DNA from: Thermoanaerobaculia bacterium
Lineage (GTDB): Bacteria; Acidobacteriota; Thermoanaerobaculia; UBA5066
Assembly: GCA_038245905.1 (NCBI GenBank)
Contig: JBBRRY010000027.1
Location: 1-53,974, forward strand
DNA: 53,974 nucleotides
Direction: 5' to 3'
This document shows, piece after piece, positions 1-9,679 of the stretch; positions within the stretch are counted from its first letter, which is position 1; each line of letters opens with the position of its first letter. The notes under the pieces are model-generated. The model saw nothing but the letters and a program-made list of their open reading frames with translations. It ran no database searches and was not told where the DNA came from. The position numbers were made by a program, and so were the translations under genes.

Positions 1-1086
1 CACGGCGACCAGGGTGACACGCCAGTTTCGGAGGAACACGAAGAGAACGAGGCCGGCCAGCAAGACGCCGATGACGATCGCGTCACGGACTCCGTTGACC
101 GAGTGCCTTACGTACTCCGCCTGATCGTAGAACGTCTGCCAGTGAATGTCTTTGGGGATCAGGTCGGGCTTGCGCTGGAAGAGGTCGTCCATGCCGCGCG
201 CGATCGCCAGCGTGCTCGCGTCGGGCTGGCGGATGATGTTCACGAGGACGGCGGCGTGGCCGTTCGCCGTCGTTCGGATGTAAGAGACCGCGTCTTCGGC
301 CGACACCGTCCCGAGGTCGGAGAGCCGCGCCGGGACCCCGCCGCCGGCCACGGGCACCGTGATGCCGGACAGCGCCGCCGTCGTGTCGGTGCGCCCGTTG
401 ACGAGCGACAGGTAGAGCTCGTGATTCGATTCGATCAGGCCGGCGGAGGAGATCAGGTTGTTCTTTCGCACGGCGGAGACGATGTCCGCGGCAGAGAGGC
501 GCCGCGCGGCGATGGTGCCCGGGTTCAGGCGAACCTGGAACTCGCGCTTGCGACCTCCCTGGATCTGCACCTGGGCGACGCCGGGGATTCGAATCAGCTC
601 CGGTTTCAGCGTGTATTGCGCCAGGTCCCAGAGGTCGGCCTCGGAGCGGGTGTCGGAGACGAGCGCATAGCCCAGGATCGGGAAGATCGCGGTGTTCATC
701 CACTCGATGTCCACGCGCGTCTGGGGGGGCAGGTCCGGGCGGATTCGCTGGACTTCCGCCTGCGCCCTCTGGAGGGCGACCTGCATATCCGTACCCCAGA
801 AGAACTCGGCGCTGATCTCGCTCGAGCCGCGCGAGGTCGTCGAGAGGACCCGCTGGATGCCCGGCACCCGGAGCAGAGCCTCCTCGAGCGGTCGCGTAGC
901 CGTCGGCATCATGCGGGCCGCGGGCTCGTTGCCCACGTCGGCGATGACTTTGATGCGGGGGAAAGTAACCGAAGGGAAGATCGAGGAGGGCAGCCGCAGG
1001 GCGAGAAACACGCCCGCCGCCGCGAGGACACCCACGAGGACGAATATCGCCGCGGCACGTTCGTGCGAGAGGTGAATCAGCTTCAC
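1..1086 (-). CDS. RND efflux permease (AcrB/CusA family), 5' part; runs off the left edge
   Basis: Not in the ORF track. Read by hand from GTG at 1086 (GTGA overlap with the upstream stop): MKLIHLSHERAAAIFVLVG...LPSSIFPSVTFPRIKVIA...TRPLEEALLRVPGIQRVLSTTSRGSSEI...YDQAEYVRHSVNGVRDAIVIGVLLAGLVLFVFLRNWR, typical AcrB/CusA motifs. Confidence 0.92.
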   Translation of the reverse strand, partial: MKLIHLSHERAAAIFVLVGVLAAAGVFLALRLPSSIFPSVTFPRIKVIADVGNEPAARMMPTATRPLEEALLRVPGIQRVLSTTSRGSSEISAEFFWGTDMQVALQRAQAEVQRIRPDLPPQTRVDIEWMNTAIFPILGYALVSDTRSEADLWDLAQYTLKPELIRIPGVAQVQIQGGRKREFQVRLNPGTIAARRLSAADIVSAVRKNNLISSAGLIESNHELYLSLVNGRTDTTAALSGITVPVAGGGVPARLSDLGTVSAEDAVSYIRTTANGHAAVLVNIIRQPDASTLAIARGMDDLFQRKPDLIPKDIHWQTFYDQAEYVRHSVNGVRDAIVIGVLLAGLVLFVFLRNWRVTLVAV

Positions 1087-2060
1087 GGTTGAATGACGAC
1101 CGGCGATCCTTCGGGCAGTCCCACCTGGCCCGAGACGATGGCCTTTCGGCCCTCGCTCAGGCTGCCCGACGTGATCTCCGTCTTCCCTTTCTCCGTGAGA
1201 CCAGTCGTCACGACGATCCAGTGGGCGCGCCCCTTTTCGACGACCGCGACGCGCGACACTCCCGTCACATCGTCGCGCAGGATCGCGGCATCCGGAACCG
1301 CGAGAGCCCCGGAACGCTGTCCGACGGTGATCCGCGCCGTGCCGGAGAGACCGGCCGGAAGCCGGGCGGAGGCCCCGCGCAGGTCGATGCGCACGGGCGC
1401 GGTGAAATCTGCTGCGTTGGCGGCCGGGAGCGTCGCGTACACGACACCGGGAATCGCCTGAGGCCGCCCCCCTAGCTCGATGACGGCGCCCTGACCGGGC
1501 CGGATTGCAGGAAGGTCCGACTGCGGGAAATCGGCGAGAAAGACGATCGAGCCCCAGTCGGAGACCGTCAGAATCTCCTGACCCTCGGTGAGACGGTCTC
1601 CTCGATTCGCCGCATGCGATACGACGGTGCCGGCGGCCGAAGCGTGCAGGGCCGCGCGGACGAGGTTCATCTGCGCGAGCTCGAACGAGCGCTCTGCATC
1701 CCGCTTCTCCGATGGGCTCTTCGCTTCCCGGACCATCTCCCGGGAACCCGACAGCGCGGCTTCGCTGTCTCGGGAGACGATCGTCCCGAGCACCTGCCCG
1801 CGCGACACGGTGTCCCCGTCCGCGACGAGCAGCTCCGTCAGCGTCCCCGCGAAAGGGGTACGCACTTTTTGCTCCGTGAGCGCCGAGGTGCGCCCGGGCG
1901 CGGAGACGACCACCGAGAGCGTCGTGCGGGTCACGGGGGCGATCCGGACCGGGGTGGCGGCCGCTGGATCCTGCGCAGCCGGACCCGAAACGGTCCCGGG
2001 CTCTTTGCCGCAGCCGGCCGTCAGGACCGCCGCGAGAATCAGCAAACCGAGCTTCCTCAT
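1083..2060 (-). CDS. RND membrane fusion protein (periplasmic adaptor), lipoprotein
   Basis: Start MRKLGLLILAAVLTAGC (lipobox) with ATGA overlap on the TolC stop. Lipoyl-like VRTPFAGTLTELLVADGDTVSRGQVL and C-terminal VTTGL...GSLSEG..IVSG. Confidence 0.9.
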   Translation of the reverse strand: MRKLGLLILAAVLTAGCGKEPGTVSGPAAQDPAAATPVRIAPVTRTTLSVVVSAPGRTSALTEQKVRTPFAGTLTELLVADGDTVSRGQVLGTIVSRDSEAALSGSREMVREAKSPSEKRDAERSFELAQMNLVRAALHASAAGTVVSHAANRGDRLTEGQEILTVSDWGSIVFLADFPQSDLPAIRPGQGAVIELGGRPQAIPGVVYATLPAANAADFTAPVRIDLRGASARLPAGLSGTARITVGQRSGALAVPDAAILRDDVTGVSRVAVVEKGRAHWIVVTTGLTEKGKTEITSGSLSEGRKAIVSGQVGLPEGSPVVIQP

Positions 2061-3481
2061 GGCGTCCCCCAACGTGCTTCGAGCGCCCGAGCGATCCGAT
2101 ATCGCGCCGTGGCTTCCGTGAGCCGCACAGAGGCGTCCACCGCGGCCGCGTAGGAATCGAACACCTCGAGTGCGCTGGCCGATCCGCCTCTGTAACGACT
2201 CTCGGCGTCGAGATAGGCGTCGCGGGCTTCGGGAGCGGAGCGGGACAGGATCTCGATCTGGCGCGCGAGGTTGCGCAGGGTGGAGCGCGCCTGTTCCCAC
2301 TGGAGGCGGGCTCCGCGCGTCTGGAGATCGAGGTTGCGCTTTGCGCGCTCGAGTCCCAGCTCGGCCTGCGCCACGCGCGCCCGGGCGGCGCCGTGATCCC
2401 ACAGGGGCCAGGAGAACACGAGGCCGAAGGAGTAGCCCGCGTCTCTCAGGACTCGATCGGCGAATGTCGCGTCGGGCTTGTCCGCCTTCACGTCCAGCGG
2501 CACGAGGCGCGACGTGTCCGAGCCCCAGAAACCTATGTCGGCGCTGAGAAACAGGTGGGGCTTTTGCTCGGACCTCGCGAGTGCGACCGCGGCGCCGGCA
2601 GAACGGATCTCCACCTCGGCGGCAGCGACGTCGGGCCCGCTCGCCCATCCGTCTTCGGGGTCAGGCAGCCGGGGCTGCGGAGGCGGCGTGGGAACCACCG
2701 ACAGCGGCGCCGCCGGGTCGCGGCCCATCAGCTCGTTCAAGAGGAGACGCGCCTGATCGAGCCGCCTCTCCCCTTCGAGCAGGTTCGACTCTTCCAGGGC
2801 GATCCGCACGCCTGTCTTCAAGATGTCCGCTCCGATGCCCTGGCCCGCCGCCTGGCGGCTCTTCAGGGAAGTCTGGTATGTCCGGAGCCTCTCGAGCCCC
2901 TCGCGGCGCACCTCGATCTCGCCTCGAGCTTGAAGCAGCTCGGCGAAGCGGCTCCGCACTTCGAGATCGAGGTCCCGCTCTACGATTCGATAGCGCGCGC
3001 CCGCAAGGTCGAGATCGGCCTCCGCCCGCGAGACGGCGGCGCGTCGTGCGCCGCCATCGAACAGCGGCTGCCGGGCGCCCAGCTGGAGGCGAGAGTCCCC
3101 CAGGTTCGTCACGATCGGGTCGTAGCTGCCAGGTGGAGCGTAGACAAAGTCCCCGTCGGCGGCGACCTTGAGCCAGCGCTCCGCCCTTGCTTCCGTCCTC
3201 TTCTCGCGGGCGATCGAGATGTCCAGGGCCGGTAGCGGCAGCCGCGCGTTGGCCGTGCGCGCCTCGCGAAGCGCTTCCTCGAGCGACACTGCCCTGTCGG
3301 CGGCGCTCGCCCCGTTAGGCATCGCGAGGAAAATCAGCAATAGGAACAAAACGCTGCGGCGGAGCGCGCCTACGATTTCACATGCGACCTTGGGCCCCCG
3401 GATGTCCTCGGCCGGGTCGCGGGTCGTGTGAGCCCGCGATGCAGATCCTTCGCTGGCGACGCGAGGCGTGGCGTTTCCCAT
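2057..3481 (-). CDS. TolC-family outer membrane efflux protein (true start probably downstream of 3481)
   Basis: SLEEALREA..AN, QPLFDGG and WPLWDHGA OEP repeats, YRGGSASALEV; first gene of the tripartite operon. Confidence 0.87.
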   Translation of the reverse strand: MGNATPRVASEGSASRAHTTRDPAEDIRGPKVACEIVGALRRSVLFLLLIFLAMPNGASAADRAVSLEEALREARTANARLPLPALDISIAREKRTEARAERWLKVAADGDFVYAPPGSYDPIVTNLGDSRLQLGARQPLFDGGARRAAVSRAEADLDLAGARYRIVERDLDLEVRSRFAELLQARGEIEVRREGLERLRTYQTSLKSRQAAGQGIGADILKTGVRIALEESNLLEGERRLDQARLLLNELMGRDPAAPLSVVPTPPPQPRLPDPEDGWASGPDVAAAEVEIRSAGAAVALARSEQKPHLFLSADIGFWGSDTSRLVPLDVKADKPDATFADRVLRDAGYSFGLVFSWPLWDHGAARARVAQAELGLERAKRNLDLQTRGARLQWEQARSTLRNLARQIEILSRSAPEARDAYLDAESRYRGGSASALEVFDSYAAAVDASVRLTEATARYRIARALEARWGTP

Positions 3482-3586
3482 CTCGAGAACGGATTAAAGC
3501 AGAATGGGTGACATCGATGCGCATCGGCCACAGCCGGGCCGAGCGCCCGCGCCTCGCATGCCGTTGTTCACCCGGGCTAGAGCTTG

Positions 3587-3727
3587 GCGGGCCTGCACGA
3601 CCGTGCGAACCGGCCGCGGAGCTCGCCGAGGCGCACCTCGGAAATTCTCCGTGGAAGGGTGCTCGAGCTTCGCCAGAAGCGCCTCGTGGAGCGCCAGATC
3701 TCCGAGACGATCGGGTGGCTCACATAG
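3587..3727 (+). mobile_element. IS481-family transposase fragment (remnant)
   Basis: Hand translation [43 protein letters not shown] resembles the IS481 GL.DRS.RP..SP.RT...I..LR...IA..LG segment; no start and no DDE domain. Confidence 0.6.
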
Positions 3728-3990
3728 ACGAGTCGCCGGACTCTGTCGCCGAAGGCCTCCACGCGATGCAACGCGGCCTGAGGAGCCTGCTCGAGGCCGA
3801 GGGTGTGACGCCCTTTGAGAGCGTCGGCGAGCCCTTCGATCCGACACGCCACGAGGCCATCGCGACCGTCCGGGACGCCGGGAGCGTCCCGGACACCGTC
3901 GTCGACGAACAGGGCCGCGGCTACCTCTGGAACGGCGAGATCCTCCGTGTGGCTCGGGTGCGGGTCGCGGAACGGGACGCGCGGACCTGA
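3715..3990 (+). pseudogene. grpE: GrpE nucleotide exchange factor, C-terminal fragment
   Basis: [37 protein letters not shown]...[24 protein letters not shown]; the N-terminal helix is missing. Confidence 0.82.
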
Positions 3991-3993
3991 CGG

Positions 3994-5114
3994 GTAGAGC
4001 GTCGCCGAGCCGATCCGGAGCTGGTCGGCCGTGCGCGTTTGGTTCCCGTCGTTCAGGTCCAGAGCCGCGAGGATGTACTCCTTCTCGATCTCGTCGAGAG
4101 GTTGCACCACCCCGGCCGCGGAAACGGGCGTTCGGAAGGCCTGGCGCACCTCCTCGGGGAGGTCCTCGAGCTCGACGCGGCTTCCGCGCGCAAGCGCGAC
4201 CGCGCGTTCCATCGCGTTCTCGAGCTCCCGGACGTTGCCCGGCCACTCGTAGCGCAGGAGCTGGTCTGCGGCGCCCAGGGCGAGACCCTCGATCTTGCGC
4301 TTCATCCGGAGCGCCGCGTCCGCGAGGAGGACGCGGGCGAGCGGCAGGACGTCGTCCCGGCGCTCGCGAAGAGGCGGCACGTGCAGCTCGACGACCTTCA
4401 GCCGGTAATAGAGGTCCTGGCGGAAGGCGCCGCCCGCGACGCCGTGGGCGAGGTCGCGGTTCGTGGCGGCCAGGACGCGGACGTCGATCTTGCGGCTCTT
4501 GTTCTCGCCGACCTCGTCCAGCAGAAGCGTTCCGCCGTTTGACGCCTCGAACAGCCCGGGCCGGTCATAGCTTGCGCCGGTGAACGCGCCCCGCGTGTGG
4601 CCGAAAAGCTCGCTCTCGAGGAGCGTCTCCGTGATGGCGCCGCAGTTCACCGCGATGAACGGCCCCGCCGCGCGGGCGGACTCGTCGTGGACGAGTCGCG
4701 CGCGACGCGGACAATCGCCCGGCGGTGTTCGTGGAGCTTCTCCTCGGCCGTCTTCAGCGTCGCGGTGACGCGGTCGAGCGAGACGTCGAGGCTCTCCTTG
4801 AGGCGGACCCTCTCGAAGAACTGCAGCTCCTCTGCTTTCGCGTCTCCCCACTCTTCGCGCGTGCGCCCCACGAGGTGGCACGCCGCATCGCCCTTACCCA
4901 CGCAGCGGTCCTCGAGGGCGTAGATCTCCTTGCCGTCGCTCCCCCCGCTGAGGTACCCGCTCGTCAGTCCGCAGATGGCCCAGCACGCGGGCACGTCCGA
5001 GCGGCCGAAGTGCAGGAGGTGCTGTTCCGCCTCGTACGAGGACTGGACCATCACCCCTTCCTTCGAAAGCGGGCCCGTGACTCCGGGCTCGATGTGGAAG
5101 AGGCCTTCGAGCGC
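3994..5114 (-). pseudogene. XylR/V4R-domain sigma-54 activator, truncated at both ends with two internal deletions
   Basis: V4R segment SYEAEQHL...PACWAICGLTSGYLS...[12 protein letters not shown]; AAA segment [31 protein letters not shown]; Fis HTH cut at IGSATLY. Walker A is absent and there is a frameshift at ~4700. Confidence 0.88.
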
Positions 5115-5867
5115 CGGATCGACTCGATCGCGCAGGCCTGGGCCGTGCTTTCGGGCGCGGGTCCCGCACGCTTCGCGGAGCGCGCGATGGATGCGGTGAG
5201 GACCCACCTCGTGAGGCGCGGACCGAGGGTCGTGCTCCTCCTCACGCCGCCCTTCGACCGGTCCGCGCAGGATCCCGGCTACATCAAGGGGTACCCGCCC
5301 GGCATCCGGGAGAACGGCGCCCAGTACACGCACGCGGCGCTGTGGGTCGTCATGGCGATGGCGAAGCTGGGCAGCGGCGACGAGGCGGTGGAGCTCTTCC
5401 ACATGCTCAATCCCGTCAACCACACGAGAACTCCCGCGGACGTCGAGCGCTACAAGGCCGAGCCGTATGTCATCGCCGGAGACGTTTACGGTGAGCCGCC
5501 GCACGCCGGACGCGGCGGCTGGACCTGGTACACGGGGTCCGCCGGCTGGATGTACCGTGCGGGTCTCGAAAGCATCCTCGGGCTGAGGCGGCGCGGCGCG
5601 ACGTTCGAGATGGATCCGTGTATCCCGTCGTCCTGGCCCGGTTTCGAGATCGCCTGGCGCTTCGGCCGGACGCGCTACGAGATCGCCGTCTCGAACCCGG
5701 AGGGCCGGTGCCGCGGGATCACGGAGGCGGATCTCGACGGCAAGTCCGTCGATTCCGGCACCATTCCGCTCGTCGACGACGGCGGCACCCACCAGGTGCG
5801 GCTGGTGCTGGGTAGCCGGAAGGGGATCGTCCGGCCGCTTGAAGCATCAGCAGGACGCGAGCGTTGA
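5115..5867 (+). pseudogene. GH94 phosphorylase / cyclic beta-1,2-glucan synthase (NdvB-like), C-terminal fragment
   Basis: RIDSIAQAWAVLSG...PGYIKGYPPGIRENGAQYTHAA...EPYVIAGDVY...GRGGWTWYTGSAGWMYR; begins abruptly with no start codon. Confidence 0.88.
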
Positions 5868-5939
5868 CGCTGAGGCCGTGGGTGCCCTCTCGTGGGGAAT
5901 CAAGGGGCCGACGCTCTCGGTCTGGTCCAGTTCATGACG

Positions 5940-7088
5940 CTAAACGTCTCCGGCGCGATGCTCTTGCCAGTGGTGGAACGCGACCGAGCCGATGGCGGCG
6001 ACCGGAATCGAGAGAAAGATGCCCGGGATTCCGGCGAGCTCGGCCCCGCAGAGTATGGCGAGAATGATGGCGAGCGGGTGCAGGCGCAAGCCGCGCCCGA
6101 CGATGCGCGGGTAGATGACGTAGTCCTCCACGATCCGAAGACACACGAGAAACACGAAAGTCGCGCCCGCTTGACCCCCGGAATGAAATGCGGCAAAGGC
6201 GATCGCGAGCATTCCGATGGCGAGCGGCCCCGCCAGTGGAATGAACTCGAGCAGGCCTGCCAGGATTCCGAGAACGACGGCGTAAGGCACTCCGATGAGG
6301 GAGAAGCCGATCGCGCACGCTACGCCGATGATCAGACATGCGATGAGCTGCGACCGGACGTATGCGGCGAGCGTCGCGTTGACGTCCTGGAAGAAGTCGT
6401 CCCCGTGCCAGCGAAGCCGGGTGCGCGGCACCATTCGCAGCGCCGTCCTCCGAAAGGCCTCCGCATCCTTCAGGAGAAAGAGAGCGAGGATCGGCACCAG
6501 GACGAGCCACGGCAGGTAGCCGAGAGCCGTGCGGACGAATGGAAGGACCCCACCCTGAATGTCGGTGGCGACCTCCTTGAACGTCTGGTCGACCGCAACG
6601 TTGAAGGCTTCCCGCATTCCCCTGGGCAGGTGTGTCCGCCCGTAGCGCTGCCAGGACTGCATCTGCGTCTGAGCCTTTGCGAGATAGCCAGGGGCCTCGC
6701 CGACGAGCTCCTCGAACTGAGCGCTCACGACGGGGAGAAGGAACCACACCGCCAGCGCCACCGCACCGAAGATCAGCAGGTAAACAGTGCCGATTGCGAC
6801 CGGCAACGGCAGCGAACGGGAGCGGCCTCGCACGACGACGGGGCGTCTCAGAAGACCGACGAGCGGCGCGATCAGATAGGCGAAGAAGATCGACAGGACC
6901 ACGAGGAGAAGCACTCCCTCGAGACGGCGCAGAGCCCAGAGAAGGGCCGCCAGCACGAGGATGAGCCCGAGGACCTGCAGCGCAATGCGAGGGACGGACA
7001 GAACGCGCGCCACCGCTACGACGACCGGCGCGGATGGAGCGTCGGCCGGCGGATCGCCGCTGCCGGCCGGACCGTCGTTCCCGTTCAT
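5940..7088 (-). CDS. AI-2E (PerM) family transporter
   Basis: Multi-TM protein with AYLIAPLV, YVRSQL, LEFIPLAGP, YPRIVGRGLRLHPL, GAELAGIPGIFLSIP. Confidence 0.9.
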   Translation of the reverse strand: MNGNDGPAGSGDPPADAPSAPVVVAVARVLSVPRIALQVLGLILVLAALLWALRRLEGVLLLVVLSIFFAYLIAPLVGLLRRPVVVRGRSRSLPLPVAIGTVYLLIFGAVALAVWFLLPVVSAQFEELVGEAPGYLAKAQTQMQSWQRYGRTHLPRGMREAFNVAVDQTFKEVATDIQGGVLPFVRTALGYLPWLVLVPILALFLLKDAEAFRRTALRMVPRTRLRWHGDDFFQDVNATLAAYVRSQLIACLIIGVACAIGFSLIGVPYAVVLGILAGLLEFIPLAGPLAIGMLAIAFAAFHSGGQAGATFVFLVCLRIVEDYVIYPRIVGRGLRLHPLAIILAILCGAELAGIPGIFLSIPVAAIGSVAFHHWQEHRAGDV

Positions 7089-7111
7089 CGAGCCAGCTTA
7101 CAGCGGTTAGG

Positions 7112-7264
7112 GCGCACGAAGCGCTTCGGCGCCTCAAGCCCAGGCTCAACAAGCTGTATTCGGATCGAGGGCATCCGTCGATTCCACCGGAGATGCTTCC
7201 GAAGGCGCTGATCCTGATTGCGCTCAATAGCGTCAGGAGCGAGCAGCTCTTCTGCGAAAGATTT
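7112..7264 (+). mobile_element. IS5-family transposase N-terminal fragment (remnant)
   Basis: EALRRLKPRLNKLYSDRGHPSIPPEMLPKALILIALNSVRSEQLFCERF matches the IS5-type LY...GRPSIPPE.LL.A.LL..LYS.RSE motif. Confidence 0.78.
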
Positions 7265-7377
7265 ATTCACCAAGAAGAAGGAGGGAGCCGCGTCAGCCCC
7301 TCTCCTCCGGAGCAACTGCCGTGCCGATTCGTACTTCGGTAGGATGCATAACGAGAAGTCGAAAGAACAGGCGTGAC

Positions 7378-7393
7378 GGGCACCTGGTTTGCA
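7378..7393 (+). promoter_or_regulatory. Putative sigma-54 (-24/-12) promoter
   Basis: GGGCACCTGGTTTGCA (GG-N10-GC, close to TGGCAC-N5-TTGCA), upstream of GGAGG plus ATG at 7469. Confidence 0.5.
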
Positions 7394-7786
7394 TTGAGTA
7401 GGGTCGGACAAAAGCCTTGAGAATAAGGATCTTTGATCGGTGAAGGAACTGAGCGCACGGGAGGTCCCATGAACCCGTTTAACGATCTCGGCCGGCGTCG
7501 CGGCCCTCCTCCTCCCGCTGAAAGAGCGCCGATTCAGCCTTCCTCCGGCCCTGCGGAAGCGGCCGGAGGGCGCCCCGGAGTGGGCAAGGAGCGTCACGTC
7601 GCTTCTCTGCCCCGGTTCGTGCGTCTGCTCTCGCGAGGCGTCGAGCGCGTCCGCCATCCGCGAAATCCACGAACACCGGGCTGACACGCTGCTCATTCCT
7701 CATTCAAAGTGAATGGAATGAGACCTCATTCTGATCGGGTCGGCGATCCTGAACTCGACGACCTTGAAAGCTTCCGGCGTACGTTG

Positions 7787-8429
7787 CTACGGCGACGTCG
7801 GGACGTCGTGGAGCGGGGGGTATGGGAGCCGCGCGGCTGACTCGGCCAGGGTCTTGAAGATGTTCAGCGCGTGGAGTCGCCGGCTGGCCCCTCTCGTACG
7901 CGTCAACGGGAGACAGGAGCGCCGCGAACGGCGAATTCGAGTCGTAGTGCGAAACCCACGTGAGGTCCGTCGTGCCATCGGGCCGCGCCTCGACGAAGAA
8001 CGAGGCCGTGAGGCGCGCGACGGCCGCGTCGAGGAGCCTGGCCTCGTCGGATTTCACGAGAAACGAGAGCACCTCTCCGGGCTGGAGCGCGATGACCGCG
8101 AGGTCGACATGCCGGGAACCGCCGGGCGTCGCCGCCTGGAGAGAAAGGACGTCGCCCTTCGATGCCGTGAGGCCGTTTCTGTAATGGGCCCCGCGGGGAA
8201 TGGCCCCCGGCACACCGGCGAGCATCCACGTTGCAGCGGTCTCGGGCCCCACGAGGAGCCGCCACACGATCGCGCGCGGCGCGTTGATCGACACGCAGTC
8301 GACCCCCTGGAGGTCCGCGATTGGGGTGTCGGTGAAGGCCCCGAGGCGCGCCGCCCACGGGTCCGGCTGGGCGGGTCCGCCGATCGCGGCGGCGACCGCA
8401 AAGGCGAGAACGGGGGGCACGCGCCTCAT
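7787..8429 (-). pseudogene. Secreted SRPBCC/START-like protein with a probable frameshift near 7907
   Basis: Signal peptide, SINAPRAIVWRLL, FFVEARPDGTTDLTW. The expected terminal helix (RRLHALNIFKTLAES) is in another frame (ORF 7787..7978). Confidence 0.55.
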
Positions 8430-8528
8430 TCGCCGAGCATAACTGGAAAACAGGCGTCGACAGTTCCCGGTGCGCCGTCCGTTGGCGTCTGTCTGCGTAC
8501 GCCAGCCACGACGGGATACTGTCCCGGC

Positions 8529-9551
8529 GTGCCGACGACTCTGAGCTCCCGGTCCCCCGCGGCGGACTCCTTTATGGCTCCGGTGAAGCTCGGCTTTTTC
8601 GTCAACGTGGCGGCGGCGGCGGCGAAGCTGGCCGCTTTCGCCTTCAGCGGATCAGGCGCCATGCTTGCCGAGGGTTTGCACTCCGCCGCGGACGCGGTCA
8701 ACACTTCGTTCCTCCTCGTCGGCGTCACGCTGAGCCGCCGGCACGCGGATGCGCGCCATCCATATGGCTACGGCGCGGAAAGGTACTTCTGGTCGTTCGT
8801 CTCGGCGATGGGCGTTTTCCTGATGGGAGGCGGGGCCACGATCTACCACGGGATACTGGAGCTGTCTCGGCCGGAGCCGATCCGGGTGGGTGCGTTCACG
8901 TGGGCGGCGCTCGGAGCAGGGGGTCTGCTGGACGGTGGCGTCTTTTTCGTCTCGCTCCGTCAGGCCCGACGCCGCAGAGGCGAGCGCAGCTGGCTGGAGT
9001 ACGTGCGCCAGAGCACCGACTCGAGCCTGCTCGCAGTCCTCTTCGAGGACGGCGTCGCGATTCTCGGAGTGATCGTCGCGGCCGTCGGGATCGGCCTCAC
9101 CGTCTGGCGGAACAGTGTCGTCTGGGACGCGGCCGCCTCCATCGTGATCGGTGTCCTGATGTCGGCGTCGGCTCTCGTGCTCGCGCAGCGCAACCGGCTC
9201 CTGCTCGTCGGCGCGTCCGCGAGGCCGGACATCGAGGCACGGATCCGGCGCATCGTCGATTCGGACCCCGTGGTGGCCCGGCTCCTCTCGATTCGGACGC
9301 GCGTCCTTTCGGCCGACGAGTTCCGCGTGGACCTGCAAGTCGACCTCGACCCCGACGACGTCGTCGATCGCCTGAGACCCGAGATCCGCTCGGCCGCGGA
9401 GCGGATCCACGGCCCGGACGAGCTCGAGGCGTTTTCACGCGGCTTCGCCCGGCGAGTCGTGGACGAGATGGCGAAAGAAGTCGACCGCCTCGAGAAACGG
9501 ATCCGTGAGGAAGTCCCCGGCGCTCGGGTGATCGACGTGGAGGCGGATTGA
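8529..9551 (+). CDS. Cation diffusion facilitator (CDF) transporter
   Basis: SGSGAMLAEGLHSAAD, HPYGYGAERYFWS, VLFED, WDAAASIVIG. Start is GTG 8529 (alternative ATG 8574). Confidence 0.9.
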   Translation: MPTTLSSRSPAADSFMAPVKLGFFVNVAAAAAKLAAFAFSGSGAMLAEGLHSAADAVNTSFLLVGVTLSRRHADARHPYGYGAERYFWSFVSAMGVFLMGGGATIYHGILELSRPEPIRVGAFTWAALGAGGLLDGGVFFVSLRQARRRRGERSWLEYVRQSTDSSLLAVLFEDGVAILGVIVAAVGIGLTVWRNSVVWDAAASIVIGVLMSASALVLAQRNRLLLVGASARPDIEARIRRIVDSDPVVARLLSIRTRVLSADEFRVDLQVDLDPDDVVDRLRPEIRSAAERIHGPDELEAFSRGFARRVVDEMAKEVDRLEKRIREEVPGARVIDVEAD

Positions 9552-9679
9552 GCGCTTCGGCCTATGGGCGTGATCCGACGAGGTTGGCGACCGTCTCGAT
9601 TTGACAAACAGAGGCCATCGGGCCTCCCGTACTTCCTTGCCCGCCGATCCGAGGCCGTTCGAGTGGTAGGCTGGACGGC

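Noticed and set aside
3577-5867. ORFs 3577..4881, 4647..5792 and 4725..5867 as intact novel fusion proteins
   Set aside because: Each is a real fragment joined to antisense or out-of-frame sequence of a neighbouring fragment.
9601-9630. TTGACA followed by a GAGGCC/GGCCTC hairpin upstream of the USP gene
   Set aside because: No -10 at a proper spacing; the TAGGCT at 9667 explains the start better.
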